From: Candidatus Thalassarchaeaceae archaeon
GTDB lineage: Archaea; Thermoplasmatota; Poseidoniia; Poseidoniales; Thalassarchaeaceae
Assembly (NCBI GenBank): GCA_030748775.1
Contig: JASMLH010000004.1
Span: forward strand, 27,234 to 91,233
Direction: 5' to 3'
DNA: 64,000 nt
Numbering within the stretch: position 1 is the stretch's first letter; the number at the start of each line of letters is the position of its first letter. Both the position numbers and the translations under genes were made by a program. The notes under the pieces were generated by a model. That model did no database searches, was not told where the DNA came from, and worked only from the letters and a program-made list of their open reading frames with translations. Positions 27,277 to 37,043 of this stretch are shown here, piece by piece.

Positions 27277-28289
27277 TTCCGAAGGTCGCTGAATGGAAGA
27301 AGGATCGAGTATCTGAGCTCGCTGGAATATTCAGTAGCGACGGAGTAGTGGCCGTTGTGGATGTTTCTGGAGTTCCTGCGAACAACATGATCGATATGCG
27401 GAAAACACTCCGAGGCAGGATGTCCATAACAATGGCAAAGAAGTCGCTGATGAGGATTGCCTGGACAGAGGCAGGTAGAGATCCAGATGAGCTCGAGGGG
27501 CTTCTGGAAGGTGCAGAACAGCCGTGTGTAGTCCATAGCGACTCAATGAACGCATTCGAAATTTTCAGTGAGCTTGAGAAAACACGTCAGGGGCGTCCGG
27601 CGAAAGCTGGGGAGAGCTTTCCTGAACAGATTACCATTCCTGCCGGTCCAACAGAGTTCGGTCCAGGACCAATAGTCGGTGAGTTCAACGCCGTGGGGAT
27701 ACCAGCGAAGATTGACAAGGGCAAGGTTGCAATTCAGAAGGATACGACTTTCGAGCAGGGTGACGAGATTTCTGCAGATCTGGGAATCATGCTAGCTAAA
27801 CTTGGAATCAACCCAATCGAGATTGGTCTGATCCTAACTGGTGCAATCGAGGGCGGGCACATATTCTCATCATCGGATCTTGATCTAGATACTGATGGGC
27901 TGAGGAATGACATCATCATGGCCACTTCAGGCTCGTACAACCTAGCTTGCAACGTAAGATGGTTCTCGACAACCACCTCTCCGACTCTCATTTCCAAGGC
28001 AGCAAGTGAGGCTTTGTCGGTCGCCCTTGAGGCAGGCATAGTTAACGATGCCACGGCAACCCACATCCTATCACAGGCACAATCACGTGCTCTGTCCCTA
28101 GCTGGACAATTAGATTCCGATGCTCTTGACGACGAGTTGCGCGCCAGTTTGGGCGCTGCGTCAATGAGCACTGAAGCCGCACCCTCCGAGGCGGCAACAA
28201 CAGAAGAGGCCGAAGAGGCCCCTGCTGAGGAAGAAGAGGAGGAAGAGGGGGATGCCGAGTTCAGTGGACTCGGTGACCTCTTCGGTTGA
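27273..28289 (+). CDS. rpl10: ribosomal stalk protein uL10 (P0)
   Basis: The GTG start overlaps the L1 stop (GTGA) and is preceded by GAGGTGA. The acidic tail [20 protein letters not shown] is typical of P0. Confidence 0.93.
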   Translation: MIPKVAEWKKDRVSELAGIFSSDGVVAVVDVSGVPANNMIDMRKTLRGRMSITMAKKSLMRIAWTEAGRDPDELEGLLEGAEQPCVVHSDSMNAFEIFSELEKTRQGRPAKAGESFPEQITIPAGPTEFGPGPIVGEFNAVGIPAKIDKGKVAIQKDTTFEQGDEISADLGIMLAKLGINPIEIGLILTGAIEGGHIFSSSDLDLDTDGLRNDIIMATSGSYNLACNVRWFSTTTSPTLISKAASEALSVALEAGIVNDATATHILSQAQSRALSLAGQLDSDALDDELRASLGAASMSTEAAPSEAATTEEAEEAPAEEEEEEEGDAEFSGLGDLFG

Positions 28290-28306
28290 AAAAAAAGGTG
28301 AATGAA

Positions 28307-28621
28307 ATGGAATATGTGTATGCTGCAATGTTGTTGCATTCTGCAGGAAAGGGCATCGATGACAAGGCCGTCAGCTCAGTGCTGAAGGCCGCTGGAGTAG
28401 AGGCAGATGGGGCCAGAGTTACGGCCCTAGTAGCCTCTCTCAATGAGGTTGACATCGATGAGGCCATGGCGACCGCGGTCGCCGCCCCAGTGGCCTCGGC
28501 TGCTCCGTCTGCTTCTTCCGGAGGAGCGCCATCAGAGGCTGCTCCCGCTGAGGAGGAGGCTGCTGAGGAGCCCGAGGAAGACGCGGGCGGCTTCGAGGGC
28601 CTGGGCTCCCTGTTCGGCTGA
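28307..28621 (+). CDS. rpl12: ribosomal stalk protein P1 (L12e)
   Basis: [15 protein letters not shown]...[15 protein letters not shown]. The ATG at 28307 is preceded by AGGTGA with a 5-nt spacer. Confidence 0.93.
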   Translation: MEYVYAAMLLHSAGKGIDDKAVSSVLKAAGVEADGARVTALVASLNEVDIDEAMATAVAAPVASAAPSASSGGAPSEAAPAEEEAAEEPEEDAGGFEGLGSLFG

Positions 28622-28654
28622 AGTAGCGATTGAAACAAATGACGCGAAGCCGCT

Positions 28655-29161
28655 ATGGGCGAGGGCCTAGAGGATGGGGCGAGAACAATGGAGCGGACGC
28701 TTGAGATTCCAGTAAGCATAGTGCCCACCGAAGCCATCAGAGCCATGAGGGTAATCGGAGAGGGGCGCGGCTGGAGGATGCGTAGAGTAGAAGAGTCCAC
28801 AATAGTACACAGATGGGCGATTATCGTCCCTCTAGCCAGAAGGGCCAGAATTCTGGGGCTCGTGGTTGAGGATGGAGTTGCAGATGGTCTTTCTATACGC
28901 TCGTGGAGTTATGTTCCCGGTTCTGCGGGAAGGATCTCATTCGTTTCATTCGGAATACCAGAGTGGTTCGATGGAGAAGAATGGCGGAGATTCCTAGCAG
29001 AGTGGACTCAGCTTCTTCCTAGGTGCCCATGGAAATGGGGCTTCATGGAGCGTTCGATTATAGGGGCTCTACTTCCAGAGTTTAGAAGATCTAGGAAGGC
29101 CTTCTCGGGAGAGGGCATTGACATCAAGTCATGGAGTGGTGTGACAGCAGAGTCAGAATGA
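28655..29161 (+). CDS. hypothetical Trp/Arg-rich protein
   Basis: 168-aa ORF directly downstream of the stalk operon, with protein-like composition. No family recognised. The start may be the Met at 28688. Confidence 0.5.
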   Translation: MGEGLEDGARTMERTLEIPVSIVPTEAIRAMRVIGEGRGWRMRRVEESTIVHRWAIIVPLARRARILGLVVEDGVADGLSIRSWSYVPGSAGRISFVSFGIPEWFDGEEWRRFLAEWTQLLPRCPWKWGFMERSIIGALLPEFRRSRKAFSGEGIDIKSWSGVTAESE

Positions 29162-29222
29162 GTCTCCGAGCATGCACTCGGGAGAGGAATTGATAGGCAG
29201 GCCGTAGACCGAGCAATCGAGT

Positions 29223-29894
29223 ATGGACTTCCAAGACCTTGTAGATACGCCTCAAAAGGTCAAAACTCTCGGAGGGGTAGTAGCCTTCCTAGTTGCCTTT
29301 CCTATCTATTTTGCAGCTATGCCTGCTCTAGTGGATGACGAGATTGTCGGAGGTGGTTCTTCGGGCCTAAGTGGCTCACTATTGGTTTCATTCGAAGAGA
29401 GCGAAATAACACAAGAAGAGTCTGTAGTCCTAGGAGATGGAGAGTCGCATGACACGTTCTTCGATTTGATAGTAGGGGAGATGGATGGCTTATACATCGG
29501 TTACGTAGAATTGGAGGTTTCCTGCTTTGACAACGACGATCCAGGTCCCGGATTCACAGATACCGTCGAAGGGACCAGTGATTTGAGCGACCTAGAAGGA
29601 ATTGATGACCAAACCTCAGATGGAGCCTGCTCCGGAGGAGGTGGGGGGGGCTTCACAATGAGATGGGACGTGACAGAAAACTACACTGGAGTCGAATATA
29701 CAGAAGAAGAAGAGAACGAGGGGGAAATCAGAGAAAGATGGAGCGATGGTGGAAAAGGACGTGGTGCTTGGGCAGCCACCATCACTGCTTCAATTGAGGC
29801 AGCCCCCATCGCTGGAGGGATCATAGACAGTGACGAAGATTTCGACATCACATGGACTGCTGTCACCTTCACGGTGATTGTTGAGTCTGCCTAA
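29223..29894 (+). CDS. hypothetical membrane-anchored acidic protein
   Basis: N-terminal TM helix (LGGVVAFLVAFPIYFAAMPAL) followed by a D/E-rich ectodomain with a Gly6 stretch encoded by a G8 tract. Confidence 0.55.
   Translation: MDFQDLVDTPQKVKTLGGVVAFLVAFPIYFAAMPALVDDEIVGGGSSGLSGSLLVSFEESEITQEESVVLGDGESHDTFFDLIVGEMDGLYIGYVELEVSCFDNDDPGPGFTDTVEGTSDLSDLEGIDDQTSDGACSGGGGGGFTMRWDVTENYTGVEYTEEEENEGEIRERWSDGGKGRGAWAATITASIEAAPIAGGIIDSDEDFDITWTAVTFTVIVESA
29643..29650 (+). repeat. G8 homopolymer inside a CDS
   Basis: gtgggggggg at 29641-29650 encodes part of SGGGGGGF. Confidence 0.9.
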
Positions 29895-29896
29895 AA

Positions 29897-31192
29897 CTAA
29901 TTCTTGGACTGGATGCTTACTACGTCCCCGTCAATTAGTTCATGCTCAGCTCCAATTACTCTACCGGTCCTAGCATCGATTGCTCTAACAAATCCATCTC
30001 CTAGATCGGAATGCACCGAATATGCAAGTCCCTTGGCCGTAGTTCCTCTTGGGACCAAGATGGCGTCGGGAAGAGCATTGCCCTCACCGTCTACCCAATG
30101 TGTCTCATCCTGAACGGGATATGCCACAATCCGCGAAAGTTGCCCATATACTACCTGCCCTAGGAGCCCCACTAATCCGCCACCTTCCCAAGATGATATG
30201 GTATCTGAAATTGATTCAAGAGCAACTCGCTGAGTGTTCGAAAGTTGTTCCTCTCCAATGTCAGTTACTTCGAAACTTGGGTCTCCGGGCTGATATGAAA
30301 TCATCCCCGATGAGGAGGCCCTTCTCAGGGCTAACTCAGCTTCTGAGCTGGTATAGGCCATTTTTCCTCCTTGTGACTCGACTTCGGATTCTAGTTCGGG
30401 ACCACTCAGAATTCGGTTGTCCGCTTTGTTAGCAGCTACGGAAATTGGGAAGAGTGCCTTCCTGATTGCCGAAGCCAATGTCGAGAGTTCTGACTCGCCC
30501 CAGGAGGATGAGTCTGCCGATGATGGGTGTTCCCTCTTTACCTCAGAGAGTCCCAAGGAAACGTGCCATTCGGTTGCACCTATTCCAGTTATCCTACCAA
30601 GAAGGTGATTGGATATTGCCCTGTCCCCTTCCGCTTGGGCCTTTCTAGATGCTCGTTCCCAACCATTGCTGATGATCCCCAATAGCCAAGAGTCTAGTTC
30701 TCTTAGTAGGAAGTGGTGCTCTTCAATGGGATCGGAGCCACCTGAACCCACTGGATTTCCCTCTATGTCAGTAGAACCTGAAACATCTAGAACTTGAATC
30801 AAAGCGTCGCATCTAGATAGGTCTGAGAGGAACTGGTTCCCCCTTCCCCTTCCCTCATGGGCCCCGGGTACTAACCCTGCGACATCGACAAGAGTGACTG
30901 GAACGAGCCTTCGATGGCCACGGCATGAGCCAGAGTTAGGAGAGCAAATGCTTCCATCCCTCTTGCCGTCATCTGAATCCTTAGAAATCCTTCCAGATTC
31001 TTGTTTTCGCATCCTCAGGGTCTGGCAGGCGCAAGCACTTGGAAGTGGGAGCCAAGTAACTCCAACATTGGGCTCTATTGTCGTAAAGGGATAGTTGGCA
31101 ATCTCAACTGGCATCTCCGTAAGCGCAGAGAAAGCGGTTGACTTACCCACGTTTGGTTTTCCAACTAGGCCAATACGCATAATACCACTCAA
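29897..31192 (-). CDS. OBG-family GTPase (Ygr210/YchF-like) with C-terminal TGS domain
   Basis: G1 [12 protein letters not shown] and G3 [21 protein letters not shown] Cys-containing insert lies between G2 and G3, as I recall for archaeal members. The TGS-like C-terminus is [23 protein letters not shown]. Confidence 0.85.
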   Translation of the reverse strand: MSGIMRIGLVGKPNVGKSTAFSALTEMPVEIANYPFTTIEPNVGVTWLPLPSACACQTLRMRKQESGRISKDSDDGKRDGSICSPNSGSCRGHRRLVPVTLVDVAGLVPGAHEGRGRGNQFLSDLSRCDALIQVLDVSGSTDIEGNPVGSGGSDPIEEHHFLLRELDSWLLGIISNGWERASRKAQAEGDRAISNHLLGRITGIGATEWHVSLGLSEVKREHPSSADSSSWGESELSTLASAIRKALFPISVAANKADNRILSGPELESEVESQGGKMAYTSSEAELALRRASSSGMISYQPGDPSFEVTDIGEEQLSNTQRVALESISDTISSWEGGGLVGLLGQVVYGQLSRIVAYPVQDETHWVDGEGNALPDAILVPRGTTAKGLAYSVHSDLGDGFVRAIDARTGRVIGAEHELIDGDVVSIQSKN

Positions 31193-31231
31193 GTCAACAA
31201 GGGTTATCCTGAGGGAGAATGAGGTCGGCTT

Positions 31232-32896
31232 TCAGAGTTCGGTAGGCTTTCCAGGAGATTCGGAATTGGATTCTGGTACTACTACTGTGTCCAACTTGCC
31301 CTCCCTTTGCGCGAGTATTTTCCTAACCGTGGTCTCTTCCGTCAACTTGAATGGGCTTGAAATCGAGGTGGAAGAAGGAGTGGATGATTTGCCAATTAGG
31401 GTTCCCCTGAAAGAGCCACTAATCATATTCAGGCAATGCAACACTGCCCCTATTACAGTACCATAGAATAGGACGGATCCAAGAACTCTCAGACGGTTGC
31501 CGATTGTTGTTTCAGATTCTACCGCAGCCTCTGCAAGGGACATGTCAGCGAAGTCTGACATCATGGTGATAATCAAGCCCGAAAAGGCACCTCCGGCCAT
31601 GGCCCAGTATGCCCATCTTGACCTGCTTTGTGAGAGGACATTCCTTCCTGATACCTCTGGGAAAATGGACAAAGAAGACCCCAGTGCCAAGGGGACCATC
31701 ACTAGCCATGCAACCATTATGACAAGGATAGTTGATATTCCTCCCAACTCGTTGGTACCAGTCAAGTGATCAGTCTGCACGAATAGGGCCCCTATCCCCA
31801 GAGGTAGAAGCATGAAGGCTCCAAGGTTTATCTCAGGCATTCCTGGATAGTCTGGATTCTCCATGAAAACATCATCCCCCCTCATTGTAGCCAGAATATT
31901 TGCTGACAGGGCGATAATTGGGATTGCAGCGAGAGACATTAGGAATGAGCCTGCAATAATATCATTCCTTGACGGTTCAAGCGAGGCTGGGGCCATTCCC
32001 AATAAGTCAGCGGCTATGGAGCCGTCCGTGTAGCCCAATGGGTTGATGGTCAGTACGGCACCTAGCATCGTCACTGCTGCAAGAGAACGCGACCAGAGCG
32101 GATTTCCAGTCCCCCTAGATGCTGCATATAGGCTAATTCCTGCTGCCTGCATGAAGAAGAAGCCGCCCGCAGCAATTCTGACGGCAAGCCATTGTCCCGA
32201 ACCAGTATCCAGGACTCCGGCCAATGCAAGAACCACAATAGATAGTGGATCAGAAATCAATCCAATTATGATAAGCCATGCAGGAAGCGCCATCTTCCTT
32301 GTTCTTGATGCTGCGGTTAGAAGCATATTGACTATGACTGCCATTAACGACAATGTGTGCAAAGCGGTTGCAACCAGAAGCAGCTTGATTCCGAAAACTT
32401 CGGGATTGTTTGAGCCAATGATTAGGAATAGGACCGAAAGAGTCCAAACGAAGGACATCAACGAGGCATTCTTCTCGCTAGCCAGTGTTGTTGCTCCGAG
32501 GCTTGGCACTATGTGGAGTGCTGCTCCGATCATCAGCATCCCAACAGAACCATAGAATGTTGTGAGATTTCCAGCCATGATAAGAGAGGAAGAGGTTGGA
32601 TTTAGTCCCCATGAAGATAGGCTGTGGAGGGCCACAGGGTCGTGACTGAGCCAAAGTCCGCAGAATGTAAGGGTCGATGCCGGGATTAGCCAGAGGGCTC
32701 CCTGTATTATCCAGGTTTTGGCGCCGGATCCTTTCCTTCCCTCTGCAAAATCTGCTGCTGGGCCTAATGCCTTCTCTAGCATGAACATGCTCATGCTCTT
32801 GCTAACGTCTGTGAAAACCCAGATTCCACGGTTCAGCATTATGAAAATAACGAACATTGAGACCCAGAAAACAAGCATTGCTGAAAACAGTCCCAT
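31232..32896 (-). CDS. polytopic membrane protein (>=12 TM), possibly a heme-copper-oxidase-subunit-I-like fold, function unknown
   Basis: 554 aa. Segments such as GAALHIVPSLGATTLASEKNASLMSFVW and FPEVSGRNVLSQSRSRWAYW resemble the repeated helix-loop pattern of HCO subunit I. The HH and other ligand motifs are not evident. The tail is soluble and Ser/Thr-rich. Confidence 0.6.
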   Translation of the reverse strand: MGLFSAMLVFWVSMFVIFIMLNRGIWVFTDVSKSMSMFMLEKALGPAADFAEGRKGSGAKTWIIQGALWLIPASTLTFCGLWLSHDPVALHSLSSWGLNPTSSSLIMAGNLTTFYGSVGMLMIGAALHIVPSLGATTLASEKNASLMSFVWTLSVLFLIIGSNNPEVFGIKLLLVATALHTLSLMAVIVNMLLTAASRTRKMALPAWLIIIGLISDPLSIVVLALAGVLDTGSGQWLAVRIAAGGFFFMQAAGISLYAASRGTGNPLWSRSLAAVTMLGAVLTINPLGYTDGSIAADLLGMAPASLEPSRNDIIAGSFLMSLAAIPIIALSANILATMRGDDVFMENPDYPGMPEINLGAFMLLPLGIGALFVQTDHLTGTNELGGISTILVIMVAWLVMVPLALGSSLSIFPEVSGRNVLSQSRSRWAYWAMAGGAFSGLIITMMSDFADMSLAEAAVESETTIGNRLRVLGSVLFYGTVIGAVLHCLNMISGSFRGTLIGKSSTPSSTSISSPFKLTEETTVRKILAQREGKLDTVVVPESNSESPGKPTEL

Positions 32897-32905
32897 CTTA
32901 TCACA

Positions 32906-33184
32906 TCACTCGCTTGTCGCTTCTGTCAACATTGTTCCCAATATAGCGAAAACCCCGATCATTATCCCTAGAATGAAGAACCAAATCCCAGAGTCAAATA
33001 CTCCTTCAAAAACAGGTAGAACGGATGAAATTACGGGCAGGTCGTTGTTTGGGTACAAGATGCTGAATAATATCAAGAATATCAGTGTCGATACAAAACC
33101 CAGGACCAGGAGAATCCACGAAGAGTTGGGTTCACTCTCCCCTTGCAAGAACTCGCCGATTAATGCTCCTTCTCCATCCATCAC
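32906..33184 (-). CDS. small two-TM membrane protein
   Basis: 92 aa. It ends 9 nt upstream of the 554-aa membrane protein start, so the two are probably co-transcribed. Confidence 0.5.
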   Translation of the reverse strand: MMDGEGALIGEFLQGESEPNSSWILLVLGFVSTLIFLILFSILYPNNDLPVISSVLPVFEGVFDSGIWFFILGIMIGVFAILGTMLTEATSE

Positions 33185-33270
33185 CTAGTCACCCCTGTCT
33201 CTGACGATATATGCTCCTACCACCGGAGATTCGCCCTTAAGCATTGGGCGAGAGGGGGTCTGAGGGAGGT

Positions 33271-34464
33271 TCAAGGAGCACGGGCCAGCTCTGTTGGATT
33301 GCCCCTCCTGAAGGAGCCTGAGCCAAGGGGGGTTGGAAGTGCCGAGTCATTGATGATCTCAGCCCTCCATGTGTCTTTGCATTTGCAATCTATTGTAGCA
33401 AACTCGTCAATATCCCCTGAAACAGAATATCTCTCAATAGCGGCGACTACTTCGCGATCGCACTCCCCGCAGTTGTGAGACCCGCGCAACTTTCCTCCGG
33501 CTGTAGGGTGGACAATGACTCTGGAGTCCAACTTAGATATCTCGGGATGCGCCCTGGAAATCATTTCCACTAGAGACCAAAGCCAAGGGGGCCTGTATTC
33601 CTTGTTCCTGAATAGACGATCTACCACTGTCCCCCTTTGGATATTCATGGGATTAATGGAAACCTCGTCAGAATATGGGGCTACATCGGTTAGCCAGGAT
33701 GTGGTGCATTCCAGTGCATCTGCTTCGGACATGAACGGGGGCTTGAAGAGGAGGTATGTCTTGATCCTGAGGTTGTTTTCCTTTAGCATCTCTACTGCCT
33801 TGTGCCACTGTCTGGTCGTGAATCCCTTATTGACATGAAAACGGAGTACCTTGTCATCGTACGCCTCTAGGCCTATAGCAACAGTACAGCCTGGATGATG
33901 GCCGGCAACCCACGCAATTTTCTCAGGGGTGCACATCTGAGCCTGGGCCTCTATAACCAGATGTAGTCCCATTTCGAATGTCTCCCTTAGAACTGCTTCC
34001 TGCCACTCTGGTGGGTTCTCCCTGTCTTCGAAAAATGTCCCAGAAGTGTATACTTTGACCATTTCACATCCTTCGAAGCCATTGGTCTGCTCTTTCGCAT
34101 TCTCCCACTGGGAGAACATGTCTTCGATTGAGACATCGTCCCTTACATCGTTGAAGTAGCCGCAGAATGTACATCCAGACTTCCACCACCATGCACATCC
34201 CTTGGTTCTGAGGATCACTGTTACCGCAGTACAGGGAGTTCCGTCTGGAAGGTTCTCTGGAGTCTTGTATACTGTTACGGGCTTGCTAGCATCCCACGAC
34301 TCCCTGAATGATACTGATTCGGGAGTATTCTCTGGAGCCTTGATGAGATGGTGAATCTTCACCGCCTTTGTCCCGTCCCCGAGAATCCCGGATGAGTTGG
34401 CCATGAAACGCGTTTGGTGCATTACTCTTGATATTGCCGTGTTCAGCCCTCTCGTTAGAAACAC
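33271..34464 (-). CDS. TIGR01210-type radical SAM protein (candidate archaeosine synthase beta subunit, RaSEA-like)
   Basis: Non-canonical cluster motif ILRTKGCAWWWKSGCTFCGY, recalled as characteristic of this archaeal family. About 380 aa. Confidence 0.55.
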   Translation of the reverse strand: MFLTRGLNTAISRVMHQTRFMANSSGILGDGTKAVKIHHLIKAPENTPESVSFRESWDASKPVTVYKTPENLPDGTPCTAVTVILRTKGCAWWWKSGCTFCGYFNDVRDDVSIEDMFSQWENAKEQTNGFEGCEMVKVYTSGTFFEDRENPPEWQEAVLRETFEMGLHLVIEAQAQMCTPEKIAWVAGHHPGCTVAIGLEAYDDKVLRFHVNKGFTTRQWHKAVEMLKENNLRIKTYLLFKPPFMSEADALECTTSWLTDVAPYSDEVSINPMNIQRGTVVDRLFRNKEYRPPWLWSLVEMISRAHPEISKLDSRVIVHPTAGGKLRGSHNCGECDREVVAAIERYSVSGDIDEFATIDCKCKDTWRAEIINDSALPTPLGSGSFRRGNPTELARAP

Positions 34465-34518
34465 TAAATGTTGTAGAATACACTAAACTCAAAGTATGCT
34501 TTCGATGGGAGTGATAGC

Positions 34519-36324
34519 ATGGCCTTCGGAACGATAGATGGGATGAGTAATGAGTCAAACAAGGCACTCAAAAGTTGGTACTTGTATGATTGGGCGAACC
34601 AAGCATTTGCTCTCACTGTACTCACAGTAGTGGCTCCGATAATACTTTCTAGGATGTTCGAGTTATCGACGGGAGGTGGTTCAGAAGTAGGTAATTTGAA
34701 GATCACTGGAGACACATTCTACGCCATAGTGCTGGGTTCTGCAAGCCTTTTGGTGGCAATTGTCAGTCCGGTCCTGGGAGCAATTGCTGACAGGATGCCT
34801 ATCAAGAAGAAGATCCTCTGGGTGTACACTGTAGTTGGGGTATTGTTCACAGCAATGATGGGTATAGCTCCACACCTAGAGGCTGGTTCGGCATACAAGT
34901 TCCTCGCGTTCTGCCTAGTAATTGGGAACATCGGCTTCGCAGGAGGGAATGTGATCTACTACGCATTCATGCCATATCTCGCAGACAGAGGATCTATGGA
35001 TCACGTTTCTAGTTGGGGGTATGCGTACGGATTCGCTGGCGGATCTTCAATCCTGATTGTCCATCTAATTGTTGGCATGACTGGATTCTTCGGTATTGCG
35101 GAACCCTGGAGTCCGTGGGTACTGAGTTTCATTTTCGCGACCAGCGCAATGTGGTGGTTTGGATTCGGGATGCAGTTGTTCAGGCATACACCTGAACCTG
35201 GAATTCCCGATCCCAAAGAGTACGGCTCGGTAATGGAAGCGGTCAGGGATGGAGTGAAAGAAGTTAGGAAGACCTTCGGTGAAATAAAGAAATTCAAAGT
35301 TCTAGCCATTTACTTGGTATCATATCTGTTGTTTTTCGATGGTATAAACACTATCGGTGGTATGGCTGCGGCGTTCGGTGAAACCGTTCTGAGACTGAAT
35401 CCAACAATGACTTACGTCCTTCTGCTAATGGTGAATATTACTGCAGTGCCGATGAGCGTTGTCGGGGGCAAACTTGCAAACAGATTCGGAACAAAGAGGG
35501 TTCTTGGATGGTCTCTGGGTGTTTATGCAATAGTTGCCATACTGGCAGTGGGGTTCGCTCCTCTGGAGCTAGAGGATGACCACGAAAGGTACGACTTCCA
35601 GTACGACTTCAACGAAGAAACAAGGGAGTACGAGTTGGCTACCCTGTATGACAGGGGAGTTAAGGGCTGGGTTAGCAAGGCCGGTGAAGGGGACCTTGCA
35701 TTTCGGGAGTCGTTCTTTGAATACATGTTTGAAGCGAAACCAGACGGAGTCAACAACAGTAGATGGAACGACGGAGATGTCGTTATTCAATCAATCACTG
35801 AAGAACAGGCAGCAGGTATCGTGGCAGAGATGAATGTGATGAGCGAGCACAGGTTCTCTTTCTCATTCAAGGGAGGGAGCCAAGATGGGAGCAGATCCGT
35901 TGGAGACGAGCATCCTACAATTATTGAAGGAGGAATGGCAGACTGGTGGCCTAACCTACTGAGAGACAACGTGTGGGGTCCCCTGAACTTTGGAGTGAGC
36001 CTTCAGTGGATAATGCTCGGGATGATGGTCGGAGCAGTGATGGGCACTGCAGGAGCTCAGGCCAGGAGCCTGTTCACGATGCTCACTCCCGCATCAAGGA
36101 CGACCGAGTTCTTCGGATTTTTCGGATTCATAGGGAAAGCAGCGGCTGTCATCGGGCCCATTGTGTATGCAATTGCTGCCGCGACTATGGGCAGTAGGAT
36201 GGCAGTATTTAGCATAGTAATTGTAATCCTAATCGGGTGGTCGTTCTTCATCTTCATTGACGTCGAGGAGGGCATGAGAGTAGCCAGGCAAGAGGACATC
36301 GAAGCAGGGCTAATTTCAGAATAG
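34519..36324 (+). CDS. MFS transporter, UMF1/Atg22-like family, with a large soluble insertion
   Basis: N-terminal SWYLYDWANQAF signature and about 12 TM helices. A ~140-aa acidic insertion (residues ~349-488) sits between helices. Confidence 0.75.
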   Translation: MAFGTIDGMSNESNKALKSWYLYDWANQAFALTVLTVVAPIILSRMFELSTGGGSEVGNLKITGDTFYAIVLGSASLLVAIVSPVLGAIADRMPIKKKILWVYTVVGVLFTAMMGIAPHLEAGSAYKFLAFCLVIGNIGFAGGNVIYYAFMPYLADRGSMDHVSSWGYAYGFAGGSSILIVHLIVGMTGFFGIAEPWSPWVLSFIFATSAMWWFGFGMQLFRHTPEPGIPDPKEYGSVMEAVRDGVKEVRKTFGEIKKFKVLAIYLVSYLLFFDGINTIGGMAAAFGETVLRLNPTMTYVLLLMVNITAVPMSVVGGKLANRFGTKRVLGWSLGVYAIVAILAVGFAPLELEDDHERYDFQYDFNEETREYELATLYDRGVKGWVSKAGEGDLAFRESFFEYMFEAKPDGVNNSRWNDGDVVIQSITEEQAAGIVAEMNVMSEHRFSFSFKGGSQDGSRSVGDEHPTIIEGGMADWWPNLLRDNVWGPLNFGVSLQWIMLGMMVGAVMGTAGAQARSLFTMLTPASRTTEFFGFFGFIGKAAAVIGPIVYAIAAATMGSRMAVFSIVIVILIGWSFFIFIDVEEGMRVARQEDIEAGLISE

Positions 36325-36326
36325 GA

Positions 36327-37037
36327 GTGAGTGGGATGAGGTTTGCACTGGTCCAACACCTGTTAACCGTGCCCGCAGCAATCTTTGCTGCCGTAATCTG
36401 GGGGGTTTGTGCTGTTCCATCTTATCTGATGTTCTTGGAAATTAAAAACTGGTCCGAGGGGCATGTCCTCTGGACCGAGGCCTTGGCCATTTGCATTGGA
36501 TTGGGACTTGGATATCTTTTGTGGGGGCTAGTTCTTCTACTAGTCTGCGGCATTCTAGGGGGTCTTCTCCGACCACCGCTCAGAGAAGGTAGATACCCTC
36601 TGAAAAGTTGGGTCACTATCGGTTGGGCCTGGTCATTGCTGTTTCACAAGGTTGCCCAGATGTTCATCAAAAACATAGTACCATCACTTCAGGTAAATAT
36701 CTACTACAAACTGATGGGTGCCAATATCGGAAAGGGCGTGCAGATTCTCACCGACTCATTGAACGACGCCCATATGGTGACCCTAGGCGATGGCGTCGTA
36801 GTAGGGGGCAATGCTACGATTAATGGCCACCTGGTGGAGAGGGGGGAGATCGTCCTTGCCCCAGTTAGGGTAGGAAAAAATGCAGTAATTGGCGGGGGAA
36901 GCACTGTACAACCGGGTTGTACAATAGGAGAAGGAGCGGTTGTTGCATCGAGAGCGGTAGTCCCGAAATGGACCGACATTCCCGCGGGAGAGGCCTGGGG
37001 AGGGATCCCTGCGAAGTTCATCAAGAAAGTCGAATAG
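36327..37037 (+). CDS. membrane-anchored hexapeptide-repeat (LbH) acyltransferase
   Basis: 2-3 N-terminal TM helices followed by left-handed beta-helix repeats (GANIGKGVQI...GDGVVVGGNATI...GKNAVIGGGSTV...GEGAVVASRAVV). Confidence 0.75.
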   Translation: MSGMRFALVQHLLTVPAAIFAAVIWGVCAVPSYLMFLEIKNWSEGHVLWTEALAICIGLGLGYLLWGLVLLLVCGILGGLLRPPLREGRYPLKSWVTIGWAWSLLFHKVAQMFIKNIVPSLQVNIYYKLMGANIGKGVQILTDSLNDAHMVTLGDGVVVGGNATINGHLVERGEIVLAPVRVGKNAVIGGGSTVQPGCTIGEGAVVASRAVVPKWTDIPAGEAWGGIPAKFIKKVE

Positions 37038-37043
37038 CGGTGA

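Noticed and set aside
27734-28800. Two long minus-strand ORFs (201 aa and 179 aa) across the P0/P1 genes
   Set aside because: They are antisense to unmistakable ribosomal stalk genes, and their Ala/Ser-rich low complexity is generated by the acidic/Ala tails.
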